In this document: in pieces, positions 40,801 to 49,619 of the stretch
Numbering within the stretch: position 1 is the stretch's first letter
How the letters are laid out: every line of letters starts with the position of its first letter
Translations under genes and position numbers: made by a program
Source of the DNA: Octopus vulgaris
Lineage: Eukaryota
DNA length: 64,000 bases
NCBI GenBank assembly: GCA_951406725.2
Contig: OX597833.1
Location: forward strand, 23,374,001-23,438,000
Direction: 5' to 3'
The notes under the pieces: generated by a model
What the model was told of the DNA's origin: nothing
Database searches by the model: none
The model's input: the letters and a program-made list of their open reading frames with translations, nothing else

Positions 40801-41416
40801 TAGTCATGGAAATTTTGAACATTTCGTATCCGACCTCAATTGATTGGCGATCCTTCTGCTCCGAGGTTTGTCAGCATTGGGTTGAAAATTACCAGGACCA
40901 AATCGGTGGACCAGGAGTTGAAGTAGAGATCGATGAAACAGTTATTGTAAGAAGAAAATACAATCATGGAAGACTCACAAAAACTATCTGGCTTTTCGGT
41001 GGACTGAAGATGTGAAATTTCCGAAGCCTCTCCCCAACCCCTCTTTCGCGAGTGCACATTTTCTTTTTCATATTCGTTCAGAGGAAGTTGTTTTACACCT
41101 ATTACACACATTTTTTTTTAAAATTCTTTGAATGGTGTAACGCTTTAGTTTAACCAAGTGTGGTAAATAGGAGGAGTAAAAGCCTTTCAATTGTGATAGA
41201 TGGAAATCGTAAAATATTGAGTTTTTTCAAATTTTTGCTTAATTGAGGGTCAAATTAAAAAAAAATTACATGCAATGACCGAACCGAATCTATTTCGAAA
41301 AATCATAGGTAACTTCTAATTGAAGAAATTCTATATTGTAGAATTGTATTAAAAGGAAATCTGCCTTTTATCATAAGAGATTATTATGATAGAGTTTCAC
41401 CTTTCTTTGTCTCCAT
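3747..41416 (-). CDS. WDR24: WDR24, GATOR2 complex WD40 + C-terminal zinc-finger/RING protein; whole spliced CDS, 18 coding exons, 777 aa
   Basis: Exons were assembled by hand with GT(GC)-AG ends and compatible phases, summing to 2334 nt. The translation follows recalled human WDR24 throughout: [95 protein letters not shown]. Confidence 0.96.
4656..4961 (-). mobile_element. tRNA(Arg)-like SINE with V-domain-like core (family C)
   Basis: Box A tggcctagtgg, box B ggttcgaatc, core ctgcgacggactggcgtcc, (AAC)n tail, TSD taagttag at 4648-4655 and 4962-4969. Confidence 0.88.
5036..5255 (-). mobile_element. tRNA-derived CORE-like SINE (family A), 5' half
   Basis: Reverse complement of 10113-10320. 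Confidence 0.85.
5324..5516 (-). CDS. WDR24: WDR24 coding exon 17 ([11 protein letters not shown]...CHKC...CNKC...CGV)
   Basis: tttcag| and TG|gtgagt; zinc-binding CxxC pairs. Confidence 0.94.
6560..6796 (+). mobile_element. CR1-type LINE 3' tail
   Basis: Near-identical to 22757-22972; ends in a (TTA)n tail. Confidence 0.8.
7230..7602 (-). mobile_element. Non-autonomous Helitron
   Basis: Minus-strand 5' TCTCTATATATA; 3' hairpin (gacccggc..gctgggtc) then CTAG; sister copy at 23727-24094. Confidence 0.85.
7788..7890 (-). CDS. WDR24: WDR24 coding exon 16 ([34 protein letters not shown])
   Basis: ttcaag| and |gtatgt; matches DVQMAVSVLIVLGERV..WYTSYI. Confidence 0.92.
9464..9833. mobile_element. 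Tigger/pogo-like MITE
   Basis: TA|cagtaatc...gattactg|TA terminal inverted repeats with TA duplication. Confidence 0.75.
10113..10507 (+). mobile_element. tRNA-derived CORE-like SINE (family A), full length
   Basis: Box A- and box B-like head (tggctgtgtg / ggttcagttcc), ccttgggtaagtg core, internal TA/TG microsatellite, (gtaaaaga)n tail; an extra 3' tail copy lies at 10712-10838. Confidence 0.88.
10879..11136 (-). CDS. WDR24: WDR24 coding exon 15 ([15 protein letters not shown]...[13 protein letters not shown])
   Basis: caacag| and |gtaagt; matches LPQEAFPLRHEI and LVRDMLHFYAE. Confidence 0.92.
11206..11426. mobile_element. piggyBac-like MITE
   Basis: TTAA|ccctttt gttac...gtaacgaaaggg|TTAA; near-identical copy at 34816-35034. 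Confidence 0.82.
11515..11862 (+). mobile_element. RTE LINE 3' tail, 5'-truncated
   Basis: ~55-60 bp hairpin subrepeats, cccatgctagcatggaaagcggacgttaaac, (GAT)n tail; same tail as follows the RTE ORF at 43293. Confidence 0.85.
11985..12287 (-). mobile_element. Non-autonomous Helitron
   Basis: 5' TCTTTATATATA; 3' cccgagcaacgccggg hairpin then gatactgCTAG; inserted between A and T. Confidence 0.85.
13320..13486 (-). CDS. WDR24: WDR24 coding exon 14 ([12 protein letters not shown]...[16 protein letters not shown]...HDRY)
   Basis: ctacag| acceptor; acidic linker. The donor TAT|gtttgt was chosen for phase 0, so its exact position is less certain. Confidence 0.8.
13504..14873 (+). mobile_element. 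Helitron deletion derivative
   Basis: a|TCTCTATATATAAAA start, (GT)n tract, ~172-bp internal tandem duplication (14113-14420), 3' gcaatgccggg..tgCTAA|t end (CTRR). Confidence 0.7.
15243..15696 (-). mobile_element. tRNA-derived CORE-like SINE (family A), full length with expanded microsatellite
   Basis: Reverse complement of 10113-10507. Confidence 0.88.
15876..15929 (-). CDS. WDR24: WDR24 coding exon 13 ([18 protein letters not shown]), 54-nt symmetric exon
   Basis: tttacag| and CAG|gtacgt; open frame in phase 1-1; low-conservation linker, could be skippable. Confidence 0.75.
16390..16779 (+). mobile_element. Non-autonomous Helitron
   Basis: Reverse complement of 27000-27385; both ends merge into (TA)n tracts. 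Confidence 0.8.
17036..17480 (+). mobile_element. Old RTE LINE 3' fragment
   Basis: Degenerate ORF end (..[17 protein letters not shown]..) followed by a cccatgcaagcatggaaaagcg tail. Confidence 0.6.
17539..17662 (-). CDS. WDR24: WDR24 coding exon 12 ([18 protein letters not shown]...GMEK)
   Basis: ctgcag| and |gtaagt; matches VAQTWTMLRIIY. Confidence 0.9.
18422..18924 (+). mobile_element. RTE LINE 3' tail with about six subrepeats
   Basis: Same tail family as 11515; ends in gatgatgatg. Confidence 0.85.
19086..19202 (-). CDS. WDR24: WDR24 coding exon 11 ([39 protein letters not shown])
   Basis: tttcag| and CAG|gtaaat; matches MRWFVDTA..LCDHNAKVA. Confidence 0.93.
20514..20602 (-). CDS. WDR24: WDR24 coding exon 10 ([30 protein letters not shown])
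   Basis: tttcag| and |gtaagt; phase 1 to 0 fits the neighbouring exons. Confidence 0.85.
20920..21225 (-). mobile_element. Family C SINE nested in an old RTE tail
   Basis: Near-identical to 4656-4961; RTE-tail sequence lies on both sides (from 20755 and to ~21360). Confidence 0.85.
22055..22279 (-). CDS. WDR24: WDR24 coding exon 9 ([31 protein letters not shown]...KQFY)
   Basis: tttcag| and |gtaagt; matches GIAWR..LLSGSKD..LCQHLF. Confidence 0.93.
22470..22975 (+). mobile_element. CR1-type LINE 3' end (ORF2 C-terminus + 3' UTR)
   Basis: [45 protein letters not shown], typical of the CR1-group ORF2 tail. Confidence 0.9.
23039..23237 (-). CDS. WDR24: WDR24 coding exon 8 (VWDMPTKK...[21 protein letters not shown])
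   Basis: atcag| and |gtatgt; lies within ORF 23031..23288. Confidence 0.95.
23727..24094 (-). mobile_element. Non-autonomous Helitron
   Basis: Sister of 7230-7602; TC...CTAG ends. Confidence 0.85.
24785..25150 (-). mobile_element. RTE LINE 3' tail
   Basis: (ATC)n followed by the reverse-complement tail. Confidence 0.82.
25347..25478 (-). CDS. WDR24: WDR24 coding exon 7 ([44 protein letters not shown])
   Basis: aatag| and |gtaagt; WD40 repeat. Confidence 0.95.
25906..26145 (-). mobile_element. RTE LINE 3' tail
   Basis: (ATC)n followed by the reverse-complement tail. Confidence 0.82.
26420..26545 (-). CDS. WDR24: WDR24 coding exon 6 ([42 protein letters not shown])
   Basis: ttatag| and CAG|gtcatt; conserved ESVRDVQF and ENG.VQ. 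Confidence 0.95.
26791..26897 (-). CDS. WDR24: WDR24 coding exon 5 ([36 protein letters not shown])
   Basis: ttacag| and |gtaagg; WD40 repeat. Confidence 0.95.
27000..27385 (-). mobile_element. Non-autonomous Helitron
   Basis: 5' TCTATATATAAAGCTG; 3' hairpin + CTAG. Confidence 0.85.
27406..27621. mobile_element. piggyBac-like MITE, diverged, opposite orientation to the 11206 copy
   Basis: TTAA|cccttttgttacc...aaaagag|TTAA; another diverged copy at ~25510-25747. Confidence 0.65.
28008..28313 (+). mobile_element. Family C SINE variant
   Basis: tggctcagtgg box A, ctgcgatggactggcgtcc core, TSD aaatactgt at 27999-28007 and 28314-28322. Confidence 0.85.
28365..28736 (+). mobile_element. Non-autonomous Helitron, chimeric
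   Basis: a|TCTCTCTATATATA...cccgagcaatgccggg..CTAG|t. Confidence 0.88.
28876..28947 (-). CDS. WDR24: WDR24 coding exon 4 ([24 protein letters not shown])
   Basis: ctcag| and |gtaagt; matches ENLLATAATNGVVVTWNL. Confidence 0.92.
29016..29251 (-). mobile_element. Family B (Nin/Deu-like) SINE
   Basis: Near-identical to 1496-1730. Confidence 0.85.
30921..31376. mobile_element. Tigger/pogo-like MITE
   Basis: TA|cagtgatccct...agggatcactg|TA. Confidence 0.8.
31533..32045. mobile_element. Tc1/mariner-superfamily MITE
   Basis: TA|ctgtaaaaacccatgtaa...ttacatgggttattacag|TA. Confidence 0.75.
32127..32240 (-). CDS. WDR24: WDR24 coding exon 3 ([38 protein letters not shown]), GC donor
   Basis: Matches [27 protein letters not shown]; donor AAG|gcaagt. 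Confidence 0.9.
32366..33625 (-). mobile_element. RTE LINE 3' part (ORF C-terminus, 3' UTR, tail)
   Basis: [36 protein letters not shown], then subrepeats and the (GAT)n tail. Confidence 0.9.
34223..34510 (-). mobile_element. RTE LINE 3' tail
   Basis: Reverse complement of the 11515 family. Confidence 0.82.
34618..34722 (-). CDS. WDR24: WDR24 coding exon 2 ([35 protein letters not shown])
   Basis: tttcag| acceptor and |gtagga donor; matches the NAISV..QVVVAGR region of WDR24. Confidence 0.9.
34816..35034. mobile_element. piggyBac-like MITE
   Basis: TTAA TSD, CCCTTT/AAAGGG ends; near-identical to 11206-11426. Confidence 0.82.
35653..36921 (-). mobile_element. Near full-length degenerate mariner
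   Basis: TA|cgagggggtacccaaaag...cttttgggcatctccttg|TA; [35 protein letters not shown] motifs. Confidence 0.92.
37390..37617 (-). mobile_element. Family B SINE inserted in the LINE
   Basis: TSD ttccaaag at 37381-37388 and 37619-37626. Confidence 0.87.
39020..39520 (+). mobile_element. Ty3/Gypsy remnant, CsRn1-like (gag knuckle + protease start)
   Basis: [19 protein letters not shown] (Cx2Hx9Cx3C) at ~39274-39330; protease motif [13 protein letters not shown] at ~39454-39493. Confidence 0.82.
39560..39686 (-). mobile_element. Helitron 5' fragment
   Basis: Matches 27255-27385. Confidence 0.75.
39915..41155 (+). mobile_element. Merlin (IS1595/ISXO2-related) DNA transposon, internally deleted
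   Basis: Long TIRs GGTTAAACTAAAGCGTTACACC.../...GGTGTAACGCTTTAGTTTAACC; perfect 8-bp TSD AAGTGTGG at 39907-39914 and 41156-41163; ~140-bp subterminal tandem repeats. Confidence 0.93.
40524..41015 (+). pseudogene. Truncated Merlin transposase
   Basis: Zinc-ribbon cysteines, [36 protein letters not shown]; the ORF runs into the right TIR before the second D and the E. Confidence 0.88.
41401..41416 (-). CDS. WDR24: WDR24 coding exon 1 (METKK + phase 1); the exon probably starts at 41529 with 5' UTR
   Basis: AAAG-ATG-G context, in-frame TGA 6 nt upstream, donor AAG|gtgaaa. It is the only candidate I found giving the phase 1 needed by the next exon. A strong acceptor ttttgtttctcttag ends at 41530. 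Confidence 0.6.
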
Positions 41417-41804
41417 CTTTCAAAAGCGGTCAACAGTCTCCAAATTCATCCACCCGGAGCAAATGTTCTTTCTGGAAGATTTGGTTAAAGATATTCCTTT
41501 TGGTTGGTTTCTATTGTGGCAGAGATTCGCTAAGAGAAACAAAAATTCATCCTTTTTCGATTCTAAACGACACAAGAATTGCTTTACACATGTGACCTTA
41601 ATTGTGTTGTTTATTTCACATTTAGGATATAGTTACACCCCACCCTGTTTATTTTAAAATTTAAATGAAATTAAAATAGTTTTGCGATTGTATTATATTT
41701 AATTTAAAAAATTAAGACCCGAGTAACGTGCACAGAATTGATAAATAAAATTAAGGGGGATGTGAACTCCCTAATATATGTCAATCATTATATACGTTTT
41801 ATAC

Positions 41805-42065
41805 GTATATTTTTTTTGTCATACTCGTTTAGAGCAAGTTGTTTTACACATATTACACTATTTTTTTTTTTGTTTTGGTGCCCAGGTCAGTCCCTCAGAC
41901 GCTTTCGGAAATTCCTGATGTGAATTTTCCGAGGCCTCTCCCCCACTCCCCTTTCGCGTCCGGTTTTTTTTTTTTTTTTCATATTCGTTCAGAGGAAGTT
42001 GTTTTACACCTATTACACACATTTTTTTGTTGTTTCTTTGAATGGTGTAACGCTTTAGTTTAACC
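41805..42065. mobile_element. Orphan Merlin terminus
   Basis: Reverse complement of ~39915-40160, ending ...GTTTAACC; the flank gattttcc does not match the TSD. Confidence 0.85.
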
Positions 42066-43292
42066 GATTTTCCGAAGGATCGTGCATCTGTCTACGTAAA
42101 AAAATATTCGGTTTTAACTTTGTTTTCTCACCTGAAATATCTCAAATAACTTTATATGAGGAAGCTGTGAAGCTTTTAATAAATAATCTATTTTTAGGTG
42201 AGACTTTTCTTTTTTTTTGTGTTATACTTGTGTTTAGTAAGACGGAAGAATTAAAAATCGTCCATGACCTTTTTTTTCTGTACCGCCAAGAGACTAACGG
42301 GAGAATAGGAGGAAGTTCACCTCTGACCTGCTTCGAATGCATGTAAAAGCAGACGGCCTCTAAAGATATCCTTGGTCCAATTGAGGGTGTTAAACCGGTT
42401 AAGATTCACACTACCACTCAAAAATTCAGGAACTGTTCCTCAAATGGGATCTTCCACAGTTTCTGATCACCATATTCACCAGCCACAAGCAAGGCTGTAG
42501 TTAAGGCACTTGCCTAAGAAGTTGCAAACTTCTAACCACAGCCATGCATATGAGTAATTTTCGATCTCAGTATTTTTGGTGAACACACACATATATATGT
42601 ATATATGCATGCCTTATATATATATATATATATATATAATATAAACCCATGCCAGCATGGAAAGCGGAAGTTAAACGATGACAGATTTTTATATATATAT
42701 ATATACACGTGTGTGTGTGTGTTAAATAAAATGAGACAACAAAGCCAAAGTTATGTCGAACTTTATCTGCCACCTTTGGTCTTCTGGATACCAATACCTC
42801 ACATATTTTTATATATACGCGCATTCATATATGTATATATGCATATATATAAATATATGCATGTTTTTATATATGCAAGCATACATATATGTATATATGC
42901 ATTTATATATATATATATATATGAATACATATAAGTATATATGGATAATATTCATATTTTCTTTGGTACTTTAGCTTGCTCCCTTGCTTTGTGTCAATTC
43001 ATAAGTTTAGTGCTCTGTGTGGCTTTTCGAGTTGTTTTTTACTCTTATTTCTAGCAATTGCTGGTACTAACTTGTACCCTTGTCTATTAACTTGCCTTTA
43101 GGTTTTAATTGCTTATGGGCCACCTGTATTATAATACATCTAATATATGGTATTCTTTGTGTGTGTGTGTGTGTATATATATATATGTGTGTGTGTGTGT
43201 GTTTATGGATATTTATGTATATATATGTGTGTGTGTGTGTATATGCATATCTAATATATTCGTGTGTGTGTGTGTGTGTGTATATATATGTA

Positions 43293-45613
43293 GCTCGCAA
43301 GATGCGTAAGCTCGCAAGAAATGAAGCCTGCATGCTCCAATGGATGTGTAATGTCAGTGTTCATAATCGTCAGAGTGTAAGTACCTTGAGAGAAAAGTTG
43401 AGAGAAAAGCTAAGAAGCGTCAGTTGTGGTGTGCAAGAGAGACGGCTGCGCTGGTATGGTCATGTGACTTGAATGGCTGAAGATAGTTGTGTGCAAAAGT
43501 GCTACACCCTAGCAGTTGAGGGAACCTGTGGAAGAGGTAGACCCAGGAAAACCTAGGACGAGGTGGTGAAGCACGACCTTCGAACTTTAGGTCTCACCAA
43601 GGAAATGACTAGAGACCGAGACCTATGGAAGTATGCTGTGCATGAGAAGACCCGGCAAGACTAGTCAGGCCATAACCCGTGGCCCCTACCTGGGACGTAG
43701 TCAGTCCACCTGTGCATACCTTCCTTCTTGTGACACTTGTGAAGACCTGCTGAGGCAAGTGAAAATCAAAACAAATCAAGATAGATGAACATCAATGGAA
43801 TTTGTATCTTCGTGGTATCAGTGCCGGTGGCACACAAGAAAACCATCCGAACGTGGCCGTAGCCAGTACCGCATCGACTGGCCTCCATGCTGTGGGCACG
43901 TAACAAACACCATCCGATCGTGGCCGTTCGCCAGCCTCATCTGGCACCTGTGTCGGTGGCACATAAAAATACCATCCGAAGACCCGGCAAGACTAGTCAG
44001 GCCATAACCCGTGGCCCCTACCTGGGACGTAGTCAGTCCACCTATGCATACCTTCCTTCTTGTGAAACTTGTGAAGACCTGCTGAGGCAAGTGAAAATCA
44101 AAACAAATCAAGATAGATGAACATCAATGGAATTTGTATCTTCGTGGTATCAGTGCCGGTGGCACACAAGAAAACCATCCGAACGTGGCCGTAGCCAGTA
44201 CCGCATCGACTGGCCTCCGTGCTGTGGGCACGTAACAAACACCATCCAATCGTGGCCGTTCGCCAACCTCATCTGGCACCTGTGTCGGTGGCACATAAAA
44301 ATACCATCCGAAGACCCGGCAAGACTAGTCAGGCCATAACCCGTGGCCCCTACCTGGGACGTAGTCAGTCCACCTGTGCATACCTTCCTTCTTGTGACAC
44401 TTGTGAAGACCTGTTGAGGCAAGTGAAAATCAAATCAAAACAAATCAAAATAGATGAACATCAATGGAATTTGTATCTTTGTGGTACCAGTGCCGGTGGC
44501 ACACAAGAAAACCATCCGAACGTGGCCGCAGCCAGTACCGCATCGACTGGCCTCCGTGCTGTGGGCACGTAACAAACACCATCCGATCGCGGCCGTTCGC
44601 CAGCTTCATCTGGCACCTGTGTCGGTGGCACATAAAAGCACCATCCGAAGACCCGGCAAGACTAGTCAGGCCATAACCCGTGGCCCCTACCTGGGACGTA
44701 GTCAGTCCACCTGTGCATACCTTCCTTCTTGTGACACTTGTGAAGACCTGCTGAGGCAAGTGAAAATCAAAACAAATCAAGATAGATGAACATCAATGGA
44801 ATTTGTATCTTTGTGGTATCAGTGCCGGTGGCACACAAGAAAACCATCCGAACGTGGCCGCAGCCAGTACCGCATCGACTGGCCTCCGTGCTGTGGGCAC
44901 GTAACAAACACCATCCGATCGCGGCCGTTCGCAGCTTCATCTGGCACCTGTGTCGGTGGCACATAAAAACACCATCCGAAGACCCGGCAAGACTAGTCAG
45001 GCCATAACCCGTGGCCCCTACCTGGGACGTAGTCAGTCCACCTGTGCATACCTTCCTTCTTGTGACACTTGTGAAGACCTGTTGAGGCAAGTGAAAATCA
45101 AATCAAATCAAATCAAAACAAATCAAAATAGATGAACATCAATGGAATTTGTATCTTTGTGGTATCAGTGCCGGTGGCACACAAGAAAACCATCCGAACG
45201 TGGCCGTAGCCAGTACCGCATCGACTGGCCTCCGTGGTGTGGGCACGTAACAAACACCATCCGATCGTGGCTGTTCGCCAGCCTCATCTGGCACCTGTGT
45301 CGGTGGCACATAAAAACACCATCCGAGCGTGGCCGTCTGCCAGCCTCGTCTGGCACCTGTGTCGGTGGCACATAAAAAACACCATCCGAGCGTGGCCGTT
45401 CGCCAGCCTCGTCTGGCACCTGTGTCGGTGGCACATAAAATCACCCACTACACTCTCGGAGTGGTTGGCGTTGGGAAGGGCATCCAGCTGTAGAAACACT
45501 GCCAGATCTGACTGGCCTGGTGCAGCCTTTGGGCTCCCCAGACCCCAGTTGAACCGTCCAACCCATGCTAGCATGGAAAGCGGACGTTAAATGATGATGA
45601 TGATGATGATGAT
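43293..45613 (+). mobile_element. RTE LINE 3' part with internal tandem amplification
   Basis: [36 protein letters not shown], then 3' UTR, subrepeats and (GAT)n tail. Confidence 0.9.
43646..45324 (+). repeat. Five-copy tandem array, unit ~332 bp
   Basis: Units start gaagacccggcaagactag at 43646, 43978, 44310, 44647 and 44978; copies are nearly identical. Confidence 0.95.
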
Positions 45614-45616
45614 GTG

Positions 45617-45986
45617 TGTGCGCAGGAGTGGCTGTGTGGTAAGTAGCTTCCTTACCAACCACATCTTTCCGGGTTCAGCCCCACTGCGTGGCACCTTGGG
45701 CAAATGTCTTCTACTATAGACTCAAGCCTACCAAAGCCTTGTGAGCGGATTTGGTAGACGGAAACTGAAAGAAGCCTGTCTATATATATATGTGTGTGTG
45801 TGTTTGCCTCCCCACCATCGCTTCAACCAAGGTTGTGTGTTTACATCCCAGTAACTTAGCAGTTCGGCAAAAGAGACTGATATAATAAGTATTAGGCTTA
45901 CAAAGAATAAGTCCTGGGATTGATTTGCTCTATTAAAGGTGGTGCTCCAGCATGGCTGCAGTCAAATGACTGAAACAAGTAAAAGA
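45617..45986 (+). mobile_element. Family A SINE abutting the RTE tail
   Basis: Same head, core and tail as 10113-10507. Confidence 0.85.
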
Positions 45987-46070
45987 ATATATGTATATAT
46001 GCATATATATACTTATATGTGTGTGTATATATATAATGTACATATGCATATATATATATATATATATTTT

Positions 46071-46115
<45 letters not shown>

Positions 46116-46126
46116 ATGTATACATA

Positions 46127-47070
46127 TCTCTCTATATATAATCGGCAGTTTGTCTGTCTGTGTGTCTGTCAGGTTGTACCCTCACCCTGACCACGGCTTT
46201 CAACCGATTCTGATAAAACTTGACACACACATAGCCCAATGTCATAATTCAAAACTAACGCAGCGAAAATTTTGAAAAGTTCCCCCAGTTCTGAAAAAAA
46301 TCGACATGGGGTCAAGAATCAGAAACACAAACTACAGACTGTCTAGGGGACGCAACTCGACCTTTTTTAACTCTCACCTCCATCAATATCCAGCTACTTG
46401 AAGCTATTCCTGGTGATGTTCACGTTTATAAATCTATTGATAGGACAGCAGACCCCGCCGAGCTTGCCGATTATCCTGTTGAATTCCTTAATTCACTTGA
46501 ACCGCCAGGCCTGCCGCCACACATCCTGAAGTTAAAAGTCGGTGCGCCCATTATGCTCATCAGGAATTTGGTTCCACCTAAACAGTGCAACGGCACACGT
46601 CTGGTTGTGAAACATTTGGCACCACATTTAATAACGGCCACAATACTTACCGGTTGTGGGAAGGGAGAGGACGTCTTCATTCCACGCATGCACCTTCAAC
46701 CGTCGGGCGCTGACCGACCAATCCACTTCAGGCGTTCTCAGTTTCCTGTTAAACTCTGCTTCGCAATGTTCATCAATAAATCCCAAGGCCAAATGCTACA
46801 AGTCGCTGGGTTACAGTTGGGCGAACAGTGCTTCATCCACGGTCAACTCTATGTGGGCTGTTCACGCGTTGGGAGGCACAATGATGTTTTCATGTTTTCG
46901 CCCAAAGGGACAGCTAGGAACATCATATACACAGAAGTATTCGAGTGAAGAGAAGACATTGCAACCTACACATGCGCCTTCGTTCCCTAGAGGGAAAGGA
47001 CTAGATTGGGATTAGTCGTTGCCTACTAGGGGCTCTTACATACCCGGGCAACGCTGGGCTATGCTGCTAG
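46127..47070 (+). mobile_element. Helitron deletion derivative retaining the PIF1-like helicase C-terminus
   Basis: a|TCTCTCTATATA start; EFLNSLEPPGLPPHILKLKVGAPIMLIRNL..CNGTRL..QFPVKLCFAMFINKSQGQ..HGQLYVGCSRV; cccgggcaacgctggg hairpin + CTAG|t. Confidence 0.93.
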
Positions 47071-49114
47071 TATGTACTATATTTTAATGTGTATAAGGAA
47101 CCCTTTGTCAGAAATTAGGTTAAAATATGAGAGTTTCTTACACATGGATAGTATTGTAATCCCTTAGAAAACCTTTTTCCAAATTTTAACCCCCCAAAAT
47201 TAGGGTGTTCCTTATACACTTTAAAATATGGTGCATATATGCACGTATTGGTATGTTGATGCAAACAGGGAAAAATAGAAGTCAAAATAAGAGTATATGT
47301 ATATTGTTATTGATATTTAGCAGAAATAATAGCATGACTCAAAGTCAGATAGTTTTGTGAATTGGCTCTAACACACAAAACTCTGTCTTTGAGTCACTCC
47401 ATTGCTTCTGCTAAATATCAATAAAACATATATATCTATAATATAAATTGGACATGGGCGATCGTTGTATTCTTTCTTGTCTTGAGGTTCACAGCCAAAC
47501 GGCAGGGTGGATTCGCGTGAAAAATGGCACACATGTGGGGACAGGTGCATAGATTGGAATGCAGTTTGTATTTTTTTTCTAGCTTCCATACTTTCCAAGA
47601 AAATTGATTAAAACTTTTCTAATGGAATTTCCCTCTTTCTTCTGTCATTAAAACAACCAGTTGCTTAGGAGCTGTTTTCTGACGGGGTGGGGTCAGGAAA
47701 TGTTCATATAGCAGGAGGCTCCAATTGAACCAGGGGACCCAAACTGATAAGGTTGACAAACGCTGTTATAGATTATGCCTAACTGAAAACAATCACAGCC
47801 ACATCATCCAAACAAACCGGGCTTAGCTGCTAGTATATATATATATATATTCTGTTTATTGAATTCCACCCAATAGTGGATGTGCAGCTAATTGTCTTTT
47901 TTGTTGCTGTTTGTTTTGAAGTATGCAACAGGCTGTAACTTATTTTTATTTCTCTCTTTCTAAGCTTTTCTACTTGTGTGCTTTCAGCATACGGGTTTAA
48001 AATCTTTTAAAATCTGTTTTTTTTTCAAAAAATAGGCAGTCTTTTGAATTTTGCATACAGAAAGTTAAAAATTGTGTTGATTGTAAGTGAAAGTTAGACA
48101 ATCACTAACTCACTCTAGATACTTTACACTTCATTTTGGAAACAACTGTGTATTGAAGATTAATATAACATTTTAAATGTTTTATTTATAAGCTTCATAG
48201 GTGTGGCTGTGTATTTGAGAAAATTGCTTCCTAACCATGATCTTGAATTCAGTCCTACTGTGCCGCACCTTGTGCAAGTGTCTTCTGCTATAGCCTCAGA
48301 CTGACCAAAGTTTTGTGAGTGGTTTTGGTATATGGAAATTGAAAGAAGCCCTTTTTGTGTGTGTGTGTGTATATATAAACGTGTATGTGTGCCTCTGTTC
48401 TCCACTACTGCTTGACAGACAGTGTTGGTGTGTTTACATCCCCATGACCTAGCAGTTCTGTAAAGGGAACCAATGAAATAAATATTGGTGTTGATTTGTT
48501 TGACTAATGTTCTTGAAGGTAGTGTCCCAGCATCACTGCATTCTTATGACTGAAACAAGTAAAAGATAAGATAGCCTAAAGAGATTTTGTTTACATTTTG
48601 AACACAGGGTGCAGGCGTGGCTGTGTGGTAAGTAGTCTGCTTCCCAACCACACAGTTTTGGGTTTAATTCCATTGTGTTACACTTTGAGCAAGTGTCTTC
48701 TATACTACTGGTAATGGGAAATATCTTCCTTGGAAACAGGTGAGGGTTGGTGACAGTCCGGGAATCTGGCTGTAGAAAATCAGCAATGAAGGTCATGGAT
48801 TATCATGTCATTTAAATGTGGGTTGCTTTGGTCCCTGCGAAATTAATCTAATCATTAAAACATACCCCATTTAAGATAAATATCTTTTTCATTTGTTTCA
48901 GTCATTTGACTCCGGCCATGCTGGAGCACCACCTTTGGGTCGAACAAATCGACCCCAGGACTTATTCTTTGTAAACCTAGTATTTATATTGGTCTCTTTT
49001 TGCCGGACCGCTAAGTTACAGGGACATAAACACATTAACATTTGTTATCAAGCTATGGTGGGGAGACAAAAACAGACACACAAACATATATATATATATA
49101 TATATATATATAGG

Positions 49115-49478
49115 TCTCCGTGCCGATGGCACGTTAAGCACACCATTCAAGTGTGATCGTTGCCGCATCGCCTTACCAGCACTTGTGCTGGTAGCATGTG
49201 AAACATTCGAGTGAGGTCGTCGCCAGTGCCGCTGGACTGGCTCCTGTGCAGGTGGCATGTAAAAAGCACCATTTCAGCGTGGCCGTTGCCAGTACCACCA
49301 AACTGGCCCTCGTGCCGGTGGCACGTAAAAGCACCCACTACACTCTCGGAGTGGTTGGCATTAGGAAGGGCATCCCAGCTGTAGAAACTGCCAGATCAGA
49401 TTGGAGTCTGGTTTGCCAGATCTCAGTCAAACCGTCCAACCCATGCTAGCATGGAAAGCGGACGTTAAATGATGATGA
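49115..49478 (+). mobile_element. RTE LINE 3' tail followed by a short RTE ORF fragment (49480-49575)
   Basis: Same tail family; the next fragment reads [25 protein letters not shown]. Confidence 0.82.
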
Positions 49479-49619
49479 TATAAAGTTTAGAAAGCTTCTA
49501 CCTCTACTGGTGACAAAGGGTCTCTCACTCAGAGTGAAAGGTAGATTGTACGATGCATATGTGCAAACATGCCCTAGATTAATGAGTACTCTATACTTAT
49601 ACTCCCCACTCTGCTTGTC

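Noticed and set aside
42132-42340. Non-coding first exon of WDR24 (donor CAG|gtgaga at 42132)
   Set aside because: It is plausible but supported only by a splice-like motif; transcript data are needed.
42567-43333. ORFs rich in Y/I/H/T/C/V
   Set aside because: These are translations of (TA)n and (TG)n microsatellites; the same applies at 15383-15660, 16625-16885 and 45898-46275.
43745-43770. Hammerhead core in the 332-bp tandem unit (ctgctgag..gaaa), i.e. a retrozyme
   Set aside because: The core reads CTGCTGA or CTGTTGA in every copy rather than CTGANGA, and no stem II can form.
43646-45440. CRISPR-like array of palindromic repeats
   Set aside because: The context is eukaryotic, there are no cas genes, the intervening segments are related to each other, and the array is part of an RTE 3' UTR.
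46553-46948. Host PIF1 helicase gene
   Set aside because: It is only a C-terminal fragment lying between Helitron TC and hairpin-CTAG termini.
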